DNA of 64,000 nt, taken from positions 439-64,438 of the forward strand of contig CBDCBK010000007.1 of assembly GCA_965214265.1 (NCBI GenBank). The letters run 5' to 3'. Of this stretch, positions 47,591 through 56,537 are shown piece by piece. The DNA is from Acidimicrobiia bacterium (lineage in GTDB: Bacteria > Actinomycetota > Acidimicrobiia > Spongiisociales > ZC4RG35). The position numbers and the translations under genes were made by a program. Numbering within the stretch: the stretch's first letter is position 1; every line of letters starts with the position of its first letter. The notes below the pieces were generated by a model. It was not told the DNA's origin. It was given only the letters and a program-made list of their open reading frames with translations, and searched no databases.

Positions 47591-47781
47591 CAGACGCCGC
47601 ATTCACGGCTTACTGGAACCCCCGGTCTGGCGCCCGTGCAACTATCATTTAGGAATTCTGTCCAGCGGTCGTGTCGCGGTTTTGGGGAGAGCGGTATAGC
47701 CGCGGTTGACGCAGGTCAGCCGAGGAAACGTCTCCTACAGGTCTTCCCTATAGAGCGGCGCAGCCGCGCCAGCACTTGGCC
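47591..47781 (+). repeat. Interspersed ~190-bp repeat (family R4), copy 2.
   Basis: Aligns with the reverse complement of 26412-26606. The core 'AGAGCGGC..AGCCGCGCCAGC' recurs at 50934-50966 and 51864-51898. Confidence 0.6.
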
Positions 47782-47943
47782 CCGGAACCCCGCGTGAGCC
47801 CGGGGTGCCTAACACGCCCCGGGCGTGAGCCCGGGGTCGTCTGAATTCCCCGCAGCCGCGTCAGCGGCGACTAAGTAGCATCTCCCTGGAACAAACCACC
47901 TCTCCAAGGACAGGCCAACCACCGGCAGATTGTTCCAGCCTGA

Positions 47944-49251
47944 TTGTTTTCGGGAAACAACTCGAATAGAATACGCTCCGTTATGGATACGGCACCGGGA
48001 CACCCCTGGCACAGGAAACTGCATTGGCGCATTGCAATAGCGATGCTGCTTGGCATCCTTGCGGGTCTGATCGGCGGTGAGCCCCTGGCCGCCAAGGTGG
48101 GTTGGCTGGGCGATCTGTTCATCCGCCTGCTGAAGATGATCATCGTTCCCCTGGTGCTGACCTCGATCATTTCGGGCGTGGCATCGGTCGGGGCGGGGGC
48201 GGGTTTGGGGCGGCTGTTCGGAAAGACCCTGGGTTACTACGTGATGACCAGCCTGGCCGCCTGCCTGGTGGGTCTGGTGTTGGTGAATACCATTCGGCCC
48301 GGAGTGGGCGCGGAACTGGTAGACGCCGAGGTCGAGCAGATGCCGGAACTCACCGTCATCCAGTCTCCCGTGGACCTGATTCTGGATATCGTGCCCGATA
48401 ACATCGTGTCGGCAGCGGCAAAGCCCAATATGCTCTCGATCATCTTTTTCTCGATCCTGCTGGGCATCAGCATCAGCAGTCTCCGGCAGCGTTACCGTGA
48501 GCCGTTGCTGAATGTCTTCGAGGCGGGCTTCGAGGCCATGATGCGCCTGACCGGAGGAATCATTTGGTTTGTGGCTCCCGTGGGAGTGTTCGGTCTGATC
48601 GTGCGCTTGGTCGGCACCACGGGTCTGGGCGCCTTCAAGGCTCTGGGGTTGTATGCCCTCATGCTGGTCTGCGGCCTGACGATCCATCTGTTCATTACCC
48701 TGCCGCTCATTTTGCGATTCCTGGGCGGGATCAATCCCATGGTGCACTTCAGGAACATGATCGAGCCGATTGTAATGGCGTTTTCCACCAGCTCCTCGGG
48801 CGCAACCTTGCCGGTCACCATCAATGCCGTAGAAAACAAGGTCGGGGTCTCCAACCGCGTCACCTCCTTCGTACTGCCGATGGGCGCCACCGTCAACATG
48901 GACGGCACGGCGCTCTACGAGTGCGCCGGGGTGCTCTTCATCGCCCAGGCGATGGGGGTCTCGCTGGGTCTGGAGCAGCAGCTTCTGGTGGTGTTCACGG
49001 CGCTGTTGGCCTCCATTGGAGCCGCGGCCGTGCCCTCTGCCGGGCTGGTGGTAATCTTCATTGTGCTGGAGGCCGTGAACCTGAGGGGCCCGCAGGTGGA
49101 GTTGATCGTGGGGGCCATGCTGGCGGTGGACCGTCCCCTGGACATGTACCGCACCGTGGTCAACGTGTTCAGCGATTCCTGCGGTGCCGCCATCATCGCG
49201 CGCTCCGAGGGCGAGACCGGAGTGGATGAACCGGCTTCTGCGACTTCTTGA
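47944..49251 (+). CDS. Dicarboxylate/amino acid:cation symporter (DAACS/SDF family).
   Basis: 'LIRLLKMIIVPLVLTSIISGV', 'AFSTSSSGATLPVT', 'LPMGATVNMDGTALYE', 'AAAVPSAGLV'. The start is possibly the ATG at 47983. Confidence 0.9.
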   Translation: MFSGNNSNRIRSVMDTAPGHPWHRKLHWRIAIAMLLGILAGLIGGEPLAAKVGWLGDLFIRLLKMIIVPLVLTSIISGVASVGAGAGLGRLFGKTLGYYVMTSLAACLVGLVLVNTIRPGVGAELVDAEVEQMPELTVIQSPVDLILDIVPDNIVSAAAKPNMLSIIFFSILLGISISSLRQRYREPLLNVFEAGFEAMMRLTGGIIWFVAPVGVFGLIVRLVGTTGLGAFKALGLYALMLVCGLTIHLFITLPLILRFLGGINPMVHFRNMIEPIVMAFSTSSSGATLPVTINAVENKVGVSNRVTSFVLPMGATVNMDGTALYECAGVLFIAQAMGVSLGLEQQLLVVFTALLASIGAAAVPSAGLVVIFIVLEAVNLRGPQVELIVGAMLAVDRPLDMYRTVVNVFSDSCGAAIIARSEGETGVDEPASATS

Positions 49252-49387
49252 ACAGCATTGCCGTCCCGGGCCTGCGGCTTGTGTCGTTTTTGGGATGAAA
49301 CGGGAAAAGCTTGGCGATCTCGGTGGGTTCAGATAAACTCATTCGCCCGGCTCTTAACCGGATTTCCTTGAAGGCCAGTGAGGTGCT

Positions 49388-49900
49388 ATGTTGAATAGAG
49401 ATAACTCTCTAATCGAATCCCGGTCCTTGTCGGCGACACCCGATCGGTCCACGACAGGGCCGCCTGTTCAATCTTCTCGGGAGAAACCGGCTGTAGGGAG
49501 ATCAGCTCCCGGCGGACCGGCGGCTATCGGAGGATCGCTGGTGCTCACCGGAACCCTCACCGGTCAGGAGGACGTCTATATTGACGGTACCTTGAAAGGG
49601 ACCATCGAGTTGCGGGACAGCGACCTGACCATTGGTCCCAACGGCAACATCAATGCCGACATCAAGGCCAGGAAGATAACGGTATTGGGGCGAGTCAGCG
49701 GAAAAATTTTCCCCACGGAGAGCATTGAGGTGCTCAAGAGCGCCTCACTCAAGGGGGCCGTCAGGACACCCCGTATTGCGGTCGAGGAGGGAGCGGTTGT
49801 GCAAGGAAGGATCGAGGCCCTTGGACAAGAGCTGGAATCCCCGACGGCCAGGCAATCGAAGCCGTTGATCGTTCGACAGCGAAGCCGCAGTGAGAGTTAG
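49388..49900 (+). CDS. Bactofilin.
   Basis: A beta-helical repeat pattern: 'G.L.G.....DVYIDGTLKGTIEL.DSDLTIGPNGNINADIKARKITVLGRVSGKI....IEVLKSASLKGAVRTPRIAVEEGAVVQGRIE'. Confidence 0.85.
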   Translation: MLNRDNSLIESRSLSATPDRSTTGPPVQSSREKPAVGRSAPGGPAAIGGSLVLTGTLTGQEDVYIDGTLKGTIELRDSDLTIGPNGNINADIKARKITVLGRVSGKIFPTESIEVLKSASLKGAVRTPRIAVEEGAVVQGRIEALGQELESPTARQSKPLIVRQRSRSES

Positions 49901-49928
49901 GGGATGCCGGAGAATCGAATTCAGCCCA

Positions 49929-50177
49929 TTAACCCGCATTTCTCACCGGGTCGCTGGAACCATGATGAAAGACAGTTTATTTTCAGCAACTTGTTGGTCC
50001 AATTGTGATGTCTTGCGGTTACACACGGTGCTGGGCGCGCTCTGGCTTGTCCTTTTCCCCTCAGCGCGCACATGCTCGCTCGAACGTAGTGACCGCTACG
50101 CTCTTCGCTCCCGAGCACGCGCTGAGGGAAAAATTCCTGCGCCATCATCACGCCCCCCGGTGAGAAATGCGGGTTCA
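49929..50177. mobile_element. MITE (249 bp), full copy.
   Basis: 'TTAA CCCGCATTTCTCACC' and 'GGTGAGAAATGCGGG TTCA'. Inner hairpin 'CCCTCAGCGCG...CGCGCTGAGGG'. It lies between the two bactofilin genes. Confidence 0.8.
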
Positions 50178-50273
50178 GGCCAGGCGGTGCGACGGCATTC
50201 CAGAACTTTCCAATGAGGGGGCCGGAGCCGAGCCTGGGTCCGGCGGTCTTTAGGCGGCGAATGGGCACTACAG

Positions 50274-50807
50274 GTGATCATTTCGGGAACGGCCCGGAAT
50301 AGAGAGGACTCACCAAGGACGGGACATCGCATGGGAACAGAACAAGAGAACTCGATGCAGGCACTCCTGCAGCGGAAGACGCTGGAAGCGCTTCCGCCTC
50401 CCCGATTGCTGTCCTCGAGCGCGACGCCCGCGAGGTCGACCGCTCGCGGTCAGGACCGGACAGCCACCATCGGAACATCGCTCTCGTTTGAAGGAATCCT
50501 CAGCGGACTCGCGGACGTGGTTGTCGACGGGGAAGTGGAGGGAACCATCAGGCTGTTGGAAAGCAGTTTAACGGTCGGCGCCAGCGGACGGGTCAATGCC
50601 GACATCGAGGTCAGGAACTTGACGGTGCTCGGGCATGTTACCGGGAAAATTGTTTGCCTGGAGCGGATGAGGCTCTGCAGTACCGGCTCGATCGATGGCG
50701 ACGTGAAAGCGCCACGAATCGTCATCGAGGATGGCGCCGTCGTCCACGGGAACATTGAAGTGGTCAAAACGGCGGCGGCTTCCAAGGCCCTCCCGCAGAC
50801 AAAGTAG
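50274..50807 (+). CDS. Bactofilin (second paralog).
   Basis: 'DVVVDGEVEGTIRLLESSLTVGASGRVNADIEVRNLTVLGHVTGKI....MRLCSTGSIDGDVKAPRIVIEDGAVVHGNIE'. The probable start is the ATG at 50331. Confidence 0.85.
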   Translation: MIISGTARNREDSPRTGHRMGTEQENSMQALLQRKTLEALPPPRLLSSSATPARSTARGQDRTATIGTSLSFEGILSGLADVVVDGEVEGTIRLLESSLTVGASGRVNADIEVRNLTVLGHVTGKIVCLERMRLCSTGSIDGDVKAPRIVIEDGAVVHGNIEVVKTAAASKALPQTK

Positions 50808-51145
50808 TCTTCCCCATCCATTCAAGCCGCGCGCCCTGCCGATTCCTGAGGACCCTGCAGCTATACCCCGCCAGCGGTGACGCTGGGGCTGACGTCAATC
50901 GACCGACAAACCCCCTCTGGTACCGACCTCCTCTAAGAGCGGCACAAGCCGCGCCAGCTTATCGCCCCGGGTACGAGCCCGGGGATGGTGTGAGTCCCGC
51001 CTCCCCCGGGAGCCGGGTAGCGGCGCACTGGTCGCTTCGCGCCGGGACGGCCTGCCTTTCCCGAGCCCACCGGTGCTTGGCAAGGAAGGGGATTTCGGCC
51101 GCTTTTTGTGGATATGGCTTTCCCATATTGTGAGGTATTGTTAGT

Positions 51146-51403
51146 ATGGTGCTTATGAAGACAACTATCGATATCCATGACGAGCTGTTGGCACGCGCCA
51201 AAAATCAAGCCAGGAAAACGGGGTGTTCTTTGCGTTCCGTCATTGAGGAGGGCCTCCGTCAGGTACTTTCCGTGCGTGAGTCAGAGAACCGGTATGGGTT
51301 GCCGGATCTGAGCACGGGAGATCCGGACGCCGCCGACCCGATGGAGGCCTATTCGTGGCAGGACCTGCGTGGAATGATCTACGGAGAGTCGAAGTCACAG
51401 TGA
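51146..51403 (+). CDS. vapB: Type II antitoxin (VapB-like).
   Basis: An 85-aa protein, 'MKTTIDIHDELLARAKNQARKTGCSLRSVIEEGLRQVL'. Its stop overlaps the start of the PIN gene (GTGA at 51400-51403). Confidence 0.75.
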   Translation: MVLMKTTIDIHDELLARAKNQARKTGCSLRSVIEEGLRQVLSVRESENRYGLPDLSTGDPDAADPMEAYSWQDLRGMIYGESKSQ

Positions 51404-51852
51404 TTGCGGTCGATACCAACTTGCTGGTCTACGCCCATCGCAGGGAATCACGACTGCATGAGGCAGCCTGTGGGGTATTGCGGGAGTTGGCTGAAGGAGA
51501 CAGGATTTGGGCTATTCCCTGGCCGTGCTGTTATGAGTTTCTAAGCGTCGTGACAAATCACCGAATCTGGAGGGAAGCAGCAACTCCGCCGCAACGTGCC
51601 TGGCAGCAACTCGAAGCCTGGATTGCATCGCCAAGTAATCGCCTGATCGGTGAGACTGACGATTTTTTCGAGATCCTGGGCGGTCTGGTTCAGCGGCCGC
51701 GAGTGCGGGCCGGCATCGTGCACGACGCTCGCATTGCGGCGATCTGCCTCGCGCACGGCATTGAATTTCTGCTCACCCGAGACCGCGACTTTTCCCTATT
51801 TCCGGAACTCGACCGGCGGGACCCGTTCAATGAGCGGCGGCCGACTCCGTGA
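51400..51852 (+). CDS. vapC: PIN-domain toxin (VapC-like).
   Basis: 'VIAVDTNLLVYA' (first acidic residue) and a later 'HDARIAAICLAHGIEFLLTRDRDF' (C-terminal acidic residue). The GTG start is taken from the overlap with the antitoxin. Confidence 0.85.
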   Translation: MIAVDTNLLVYAHRRESRLHEAACGVLRELAEGDRIWAIPWPCCYEFLSVVTNHRIWREAATPPQRAWQQLEAWIASPSNRLIGETDDFFEILGGLVQRPRVRAGIVHDARIAAICLAHGIEFLLTRDRDFSLFPELDRRDPFNERRPTP

Positions 51853-51913
51853 TCTCAGTGTTTGAGTAAGAGCGGCGGCAGCCGCGCCAGCCCAATCCGG
51901 ATTTCCCACCATT

Positions 51914-51932
51914 GGTGAGAAATGCGGGGTAG
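51914..51932. mobile_element. Solo MITE terminal repeat.
   Basis: 'GGTGAGAAATGCGGG GTAG' with no left partner. It is preceded by the R4 core at 51864-51898. Confidence 0.45.
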
Positions 51933-51958
51933 CCAGAACGGCCGCCGCCGGGTCGAGA

Positions 51959-54343
51959 TCAAAAGAATCGAACCGTATAGGTCAACCGCAGGCCCCGGCC
52001 AATCTCCGGAGCCAGGTCCTTGATGAATGAGGAATGGTTGCGGTAGAGCCGGTCGCTCAGGTTGAAGACGTTGACCGAGAACTGGTGGGCCAGGTGTTGC
52101 TGGGCGAACGTGTAGGAGCCCTTCAGGTTCAGCACGGCATATCCCGGGGTGCGGGTCTCTCCGGTAAAGGTCTGGTGTTGCTGGCTGGCCAGAATCAGCT
52201 CGGGCGAGACCCGGAAGCCGAGGTGGTTGAAGTCAAAACCCAGCTTGCCTCGAAGCGGAGGGATTCTCGGCATCGGCGTATTCAGGTCGGTCTCCTGGGC
52301 ATCCACGTAGTCCATGCCAAGGTTGAGCCAGAGCTGTGGATTCAGGTTGATGTCCAGGTTGGCCTCGGTCCCCAGGAAGCGGGCATTGCGCTGGGTAAAA
52401 TCGATCACCTGAAGTCCATCCAGGACTTCTCCGGTAGCAAAGGGGAAGATGAAGTTGTCGAAGTTGTAGTAGAAAAGGTTCAGTTCGCCTCTCAGATCCT
52501 GGCTTTTGTGGCGCAGGGACATTTCGATGCCGTCTCCCGTTTCGGGGTGGAGGGCCGGGTCGCCCACCTCAAAGGACAGGGTCCCCGCATGGGGACCGTA
52601 GTTGTAAAGCTCCTCCAGGGACGGAGCCCGAAAAGAGTGGGAGTAGTTGACGACCAGGGCTCCTCCACTCCAGGTGTCCACTTGCAGGCCGGCGGATGCG
52701 GATGCTCCGGTGAAGGTCCGATTCACGGGCTCGGGGATTTCATCGCCTTCTTCTGCCTCATGGCCCTGCTCTTCCTGGCCGTTTTCGTCGTCAGCATGGC
52801 CTCCCGCGCGCTCGGCAAAACCCGGCCGGTAGCGCTGGGTCTCCAGCCTGCCGCCAAACTGGAACTTGGCGGTCTCGAATTCCAGTTCCTCGAGAGCGTA
52901 AAGGGCAAAGCCGGTCTGATCGATCGGGGGTGACAAGGCCTCCTCCCCGGTTGCCGTGAACTCTCGATCCAGCCCCCAGAAACCGAAACGTCCGCTCAAG
53001 GGACCGACGTTTTTTTGCTCGAAGACCCCCCGGTAGATGAACTCCTGTTGGTTGAATCGGGTCCCGATGCTCCGAGTTGCGTCGGCAGCAACCTCGATCT
53101 CATCGTGTGCCCAGTCGGTCAGGCTCAGTTTCAGCACAAAGCTGTCGATCGCCGTCCTCAGATCCTTCAATCCCCCGGTGAAGCGGAAGTTCCGGCGCCG
53201 TGAGTCGATCTCGATGCGGTCGATCTCCTCTTCGCCGTGTCCGTGCTCCTCACCTTCATCGTCATGGTGTTCCTCTTCCTCGCCTTCCTCGTCGTGCCCC
53301 TCCTCTTCCTCACCCTCGTGGTCTGCGTCACCCTGGTGTCGGTGGAACTCCTGAACGAAGGGTACGCCGTAGTTGCCGTCGTCGAGTTTGGCTTCGAGAC
53401 TCAAGAAAACCTTCTTCCCGTACCAACCCAGCCCTGCGCCGCCGTTGCTGAGCCGGGAGCGCGAATTGGTGATCCGCCCCTGTTCCGGCGCCCTGTAGTC
53501 ACCGGTGCGAATGCCCCCGCCGCGGCCCCAGAACATCCAATTGCCGGTTCCGTATTCCAGACCGGCGCTGCCTCCGCCCAGCGCGTTGGTTGTACCGGCC
53601 GATCCGGACAGGAATCCGCGAAACCCCTGGTGGGCATGGCGGTGAGCTTCGTGGTGGCGACTGATGGCGTTGACCGTGCCGCCCATGGCATTGCCGCTGT
53701 AGAGCAAGGTCGCCGGTCCCTTGACGATCTCCAGCCGCTCCAGTTGTGCGGGATTGATCAGTTCTCCATGATCGCCGGACTGTGACGAAAGGGTACCTGT
53801 CCGAACGCCGTCTTCCATTATCAGTACCCGGTCCCCGTCAAAACCGCGCACGATCGGCCGGGACGGCCCCGGTCCGAAGCCGCGTTTGGCAATCCCGGTA
53901 CCGACTCTGTGGTCCAGCGTCTCCCCCAGAGAGATATCGGTCGATTGACCCAGCTCGTGGGGCCCCATGGACACCACGCTCTGGAAGGATTCGAATGTCG
54001 TTTCCCGCTTCTCCGATCCGGTCACCGTGATCTCATACTGGGGGGGCGCCAATTCCAGCAGAAAGTCGGCTTTGGCCGCACGAGCAGCCTCGATGGTCAC
54101 TGTCGTGGACACTTCGGTGAACAGGCTGTCGAGATGGGCGTCAACCGTGTATCTTCCGGGAGGCACTCGCTGGAACCGGTAACTTCCATCATCCTGGCTG
54201 AGGGTGCTCCGGCCCAGTTCCACAATCGTCACACTGGCGCCGTGCAGCGGGTCGCCGGTGGCTTTCAGAGAGACGCGGCCCTTCAGGCTGCCGTCCGATT
54301 GAGCGGCCGCGGGTGGTTGAGCCGCCAGAGATAGAGCAGCCAA
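51959..54343 (-). CDS. TonB-dependent receptor with a CarboxypepD_reg N-domain and acidic/His-rich inserts (probable metal, likely zinc, uptake).
   Basis: Plug 'RGFDGDRVLIMEDGVR' and the terminal 'RLTYTVRFF'. Inserts are 'HRHQGDADHEGEEEEGHDEEGEEEEHHDDEGEEHGHGEEE' (~53215-53345) and 'GGHADDENGQEEQGHEAEEGDE' (~52735-52810). The true start probably lies upstream of the TTG at 54343. Confidence 0.9.
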   Translation of the reverse strand: MAALSLAAQPPAAAQSDGSLKGRVSLKATGDPLHGASVTIVELGRSTLSQDDGSYRFQRVPPGRYTVDAHLDSLFTEVSTTVTIEAARAAKADFLLELAPPQYEITVTGSEKRETTFESFQSVVSMGPHELGQSTDISLGETLDHRVGTGIAKRGFGPGPSRPIVRGFDGDRVLIMEDGVRTGTLSSQSGDHGELINPAQLERLEIVKGPATLLYSGNAMGGTVNAISRHHEAHRHAHQGFRGFLSGSAGTTNALGGGSAGLEYGTGNWMFWGRGGGIRTGDYRAPEQGRITNSRSRLSNGGAGLGWYGKKVFLSLEAKLDDGNYGVPFVQEFHRHQGDADHEGEEEEGHDEEGEEEEHHDDEGEEHGHGEEEIDRIEIDSRRRNFRFTGGLKDLRTAIDSFVLKLSLTDWAHDEIEVAADATRSIGTRFNQQEFIYRGVFEQKNVGPLSGRFGFWGLDREFTATGEEALSPPIDQTGFALYALEELEFETAKFQFGGRLETQRYRPGFAERAGGHADDENGQEEQGHEAEEGDEIPEPVNRTFTGASASAGLQVDTWSGGALVVNYSHSFRAPSLEELYNYGPHAGTLSFEVGDPALHPETGDGIEMSLRHKSQDLRGELNLFYYNFDNFIFPFATGEVLDGLQVIDFTQRNARFLGTEANLDINLNPQLWLNLGMDYVDAQETDLNTPMPRIPPLRGKLGFDFNHLGFRVSPELILASQQHQTFTGETRTPGYAVLNLKGSYTFAQQHLAHQFSVNVFNLSDRLYRNHSSFIKDLAPEIGRGLRLTYTVRFF

Positions 54344-54712
54344 CCACAGGAGTGGCAGGAACCTGAGTCGAGTGTGGATGATGCCCTCCGAAAATTATGG
54401 TGTCCCTGTCAATTTTATTGCTGAATCCCTATTGAAGCGAATGGAACATCACCATCGGGGTATGTACCTGGATGAGCGGGATAAAATTCTGCTCGAGTGG
54501 AACTGACTGTTTCGGGAATTCTCTCGAGACAAGACTCTCGTGGAGTGACTTTGCCGTGATTGGCTCCAATTGTTTTCAGGCGAAACAAGCATTGAATCGG
54601 GGTTGTTTTTTGCATTGTACTGCTTGGCAAAGTCATAATCGTGCAAAGCTATAGGGAATCGTTTCCCAGAGTTAATTGAACTAACTTCCCTCAAGGCCAA
54701 CGGCTTCAAAAA

Positions 54713-56107
54713 ATGACTTCCAGCCAGAGCCATGAACAGGGTCATGATCACAGCCACGACCACGGCTTGGGCGGGCATTCGCACGATCTGCGCGGCATGA
54801 GCAAGCGCGGCCTGATTAGTGCACTCGTGTTGGTCACCGGCTATATGTTTGTCGAGATCGTCGGCGGCATCCTCTCAGGCAGTTTGGCTCTCATCGCGGA
54901 TGCCGGCCACATGCTGACCGACGCGGCTTCGATCGGCTTCGCCTTGGTCGCCCTGCACTTCTCGAATCTGCCCGCGTCCGCGCAACGTACCTTCGGGTAT
55001 CGCCGCCTTGAAATCCTGGCAGCCTTGGCGAACGCTCTCATGCTCTGGCTGATCGCCGCTTGGGTGGTCTTCGAAGCCTACCACCGCTTCCTCGAGGTTC
55101 CTGACATCGAGGGTGGACTGATGCTGGCCGTTGGCTCCGTCGGCCTCATTGTCAACATCGTCGCGGCTTGGATCCTCCGCGGTTCTGCCAAGCACAGCAT
55201 AAACGTTGAAGGAGCCTACCAGCACGTTATGGCCGATATGCTGGGGTCCGTCGGTGTCGTCGTGTCAGGCGTTCTCGTCTGGGCTTTCGGGTGGACGCTT
55301 GCGGACCCCATCCTGAGTGTGGTCATCGGCATCCTCATTCTGCTCAGCGCGTGGCGTCTGCTCGGCAAAGTGATCCATGTGCTACTTGAGGGGGTCCCCG
55401 AACACATTGACGTCCATCATCTCTGCAACCAGATGGAAGATGTGGAAGGTGTCGTTCACATCCACGACATCCACGTCTGGAGTCTCGCCCCCGACTACGA
55501 CTTGCTCACAGCTCATATCCTTGTAGATCCCGATATCAGGGACGACCAACTGGCCTCGGTGCGGCGGCGGCTGCGGGGAATTGCCGCTAATGACTTCGGC
55601 ATCCGGCACATCACAATTCAGTTGGAACATTCTCCGGACGGTTGTACCGAACACCACCAAGTCGACCCTGTGCATGCCCGTAGCAGGATGGCCCAGCGTC
55701 GCCTCTCTTTAATGCAGATAATAAGAAGGAGCTTAAGGAAAGGGAGGGATAATAATAGGGCACAGGATCATCATATTCACGAAGACCACCAACACCGGCA
55801 CGGCCCTGGCTGCGGCCACACTGCCGTGGAACACGACGGTCACACCGACTATCTGCACGACGGCCACATGCACCACGAGCACGAGGGCCATTACGACGAT
55901 CATACCTTGGTAGTTTCGGATTCGAACCCCAACGCCTGCACTCCCGACCATGCTTGTGACGGTCACGAGTCCGGTCACCAGCACGGCCCTGGCTGCGGTC
56001 ACGAAGCGCTGCCTCACGGCGACCACACGGACTACCTGGTCGGTGGCCATCTGCACCATCCACACGGCGGCCACTGCGACGACCACGGCAAACTGTCCAC
56101 CCAGTAG
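54713..56107 (+). CDS. Cation diffusion facilitator (CzcD/ZitB-like) with a long duplicated His/Cys-rich C-terminal extension.
   Basis: CDF core 'LIADAGHMLTDAAS' and 'HVMADMLGSVGVVV', with an N-terminal His cluster. The tail carries two copies of 'H.HGPGCGH.A..H..HTDYL..GH.HH.H.GH.DDH'. Confidence 0.9.
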   Translation: MTSSQSHEQGHDHSHDHGLGGHSHDLRGMSKRGLISALVLVTGYMFVEIVGGILSGSLALIADAGHMLTDAASIGFALVALHFSNLPASAQRTFGYRRLEILAALANALMLWLIAAWVVFEAYHRFLEVPDIEGGLMLAVGSVGLIVNIVAAWILRGSAKHSINVEGAYQHVMADMLGSVGVVVSGVLVWAFGWTLADPILSVVIGILILLSAWRLLGKVIHVLLEGVPEHIDVHHLCNQMEDVEGVVHIHDIHVWSLAPDYDLLTAHILVDPDIRDDQLASVRRRLRGIAANDFGIRHITIQLEHSPDGCTEHHQVDPVHARSRMAQRRLSLMQIIRRSLRKGRDNNRAQDHHIHEDHQHRHGPGCGHTAVEHDGHTDYLHDGHMHHEHEGHYDDHTLVVSDSNPNACTPDHACDGHESGHQHGPGCGHEALPHGDHTDYLVGGHLHHPHGGHCDDHGKLSTQ

Positions 56108-56182
56108 GACAGTTCGGCGCAACCGTTCACAGGCGTCCGCAACGGGTCGCGGGTGCCTCCGAATTCCAGGGCCGCCACGACC

Positions 56183-56432
56183 CTAGCCCGCATTTCTCAC
56201 CAGGACGCTGAATGTATAGTGAAAAGCGGTTTATTTGCAGCACCTTGATTGGTGCCATTCAAGGGACCTGCGACTACAGACTGCGCTGGGCGCGCCCTGG
56301 CTTGGCCTTTTTCCCTCAGCGCGCACATGCTCGCTCGAACGTAGTCCCCGCTACGCCCTTCGCTCGCGAGCACGCCCTGAGGGAAAAATTCCGGCGCCAT
56401 GATCGCGCCCCCTGGTGAGAAATGCGGGCTAG
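56183..56432. mobile_element. MITE (250 bp), full copy.
   Basis: 'CTAG CCCGCATTTCTCACC' and 'GGTGAGAAATGCGGG CTAG'. Colinear with the 49929 copy. Confidence 0.8.
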
Positions 56433-56537
56433 TCACGAGCAGGAATGAGTGCCCCCTTGGTCAAGGAGGTCACGCTCTGTTGAGTATTCCCCACCCCTGT
56501 AGCTGGCCTTGTCAGAACGCGGATCTTTAGATAAGAC

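Noticed and set aside
55918-55928. A tRNA-like 'GGATTCGAACC' (reverse complement of a T-loop consensus) suggesting a minus-strand tRNA.
   Set aside because: The flanking bases do not form a T-stem or acceptor stem. The site lies inside the continuous CDF reading frame.
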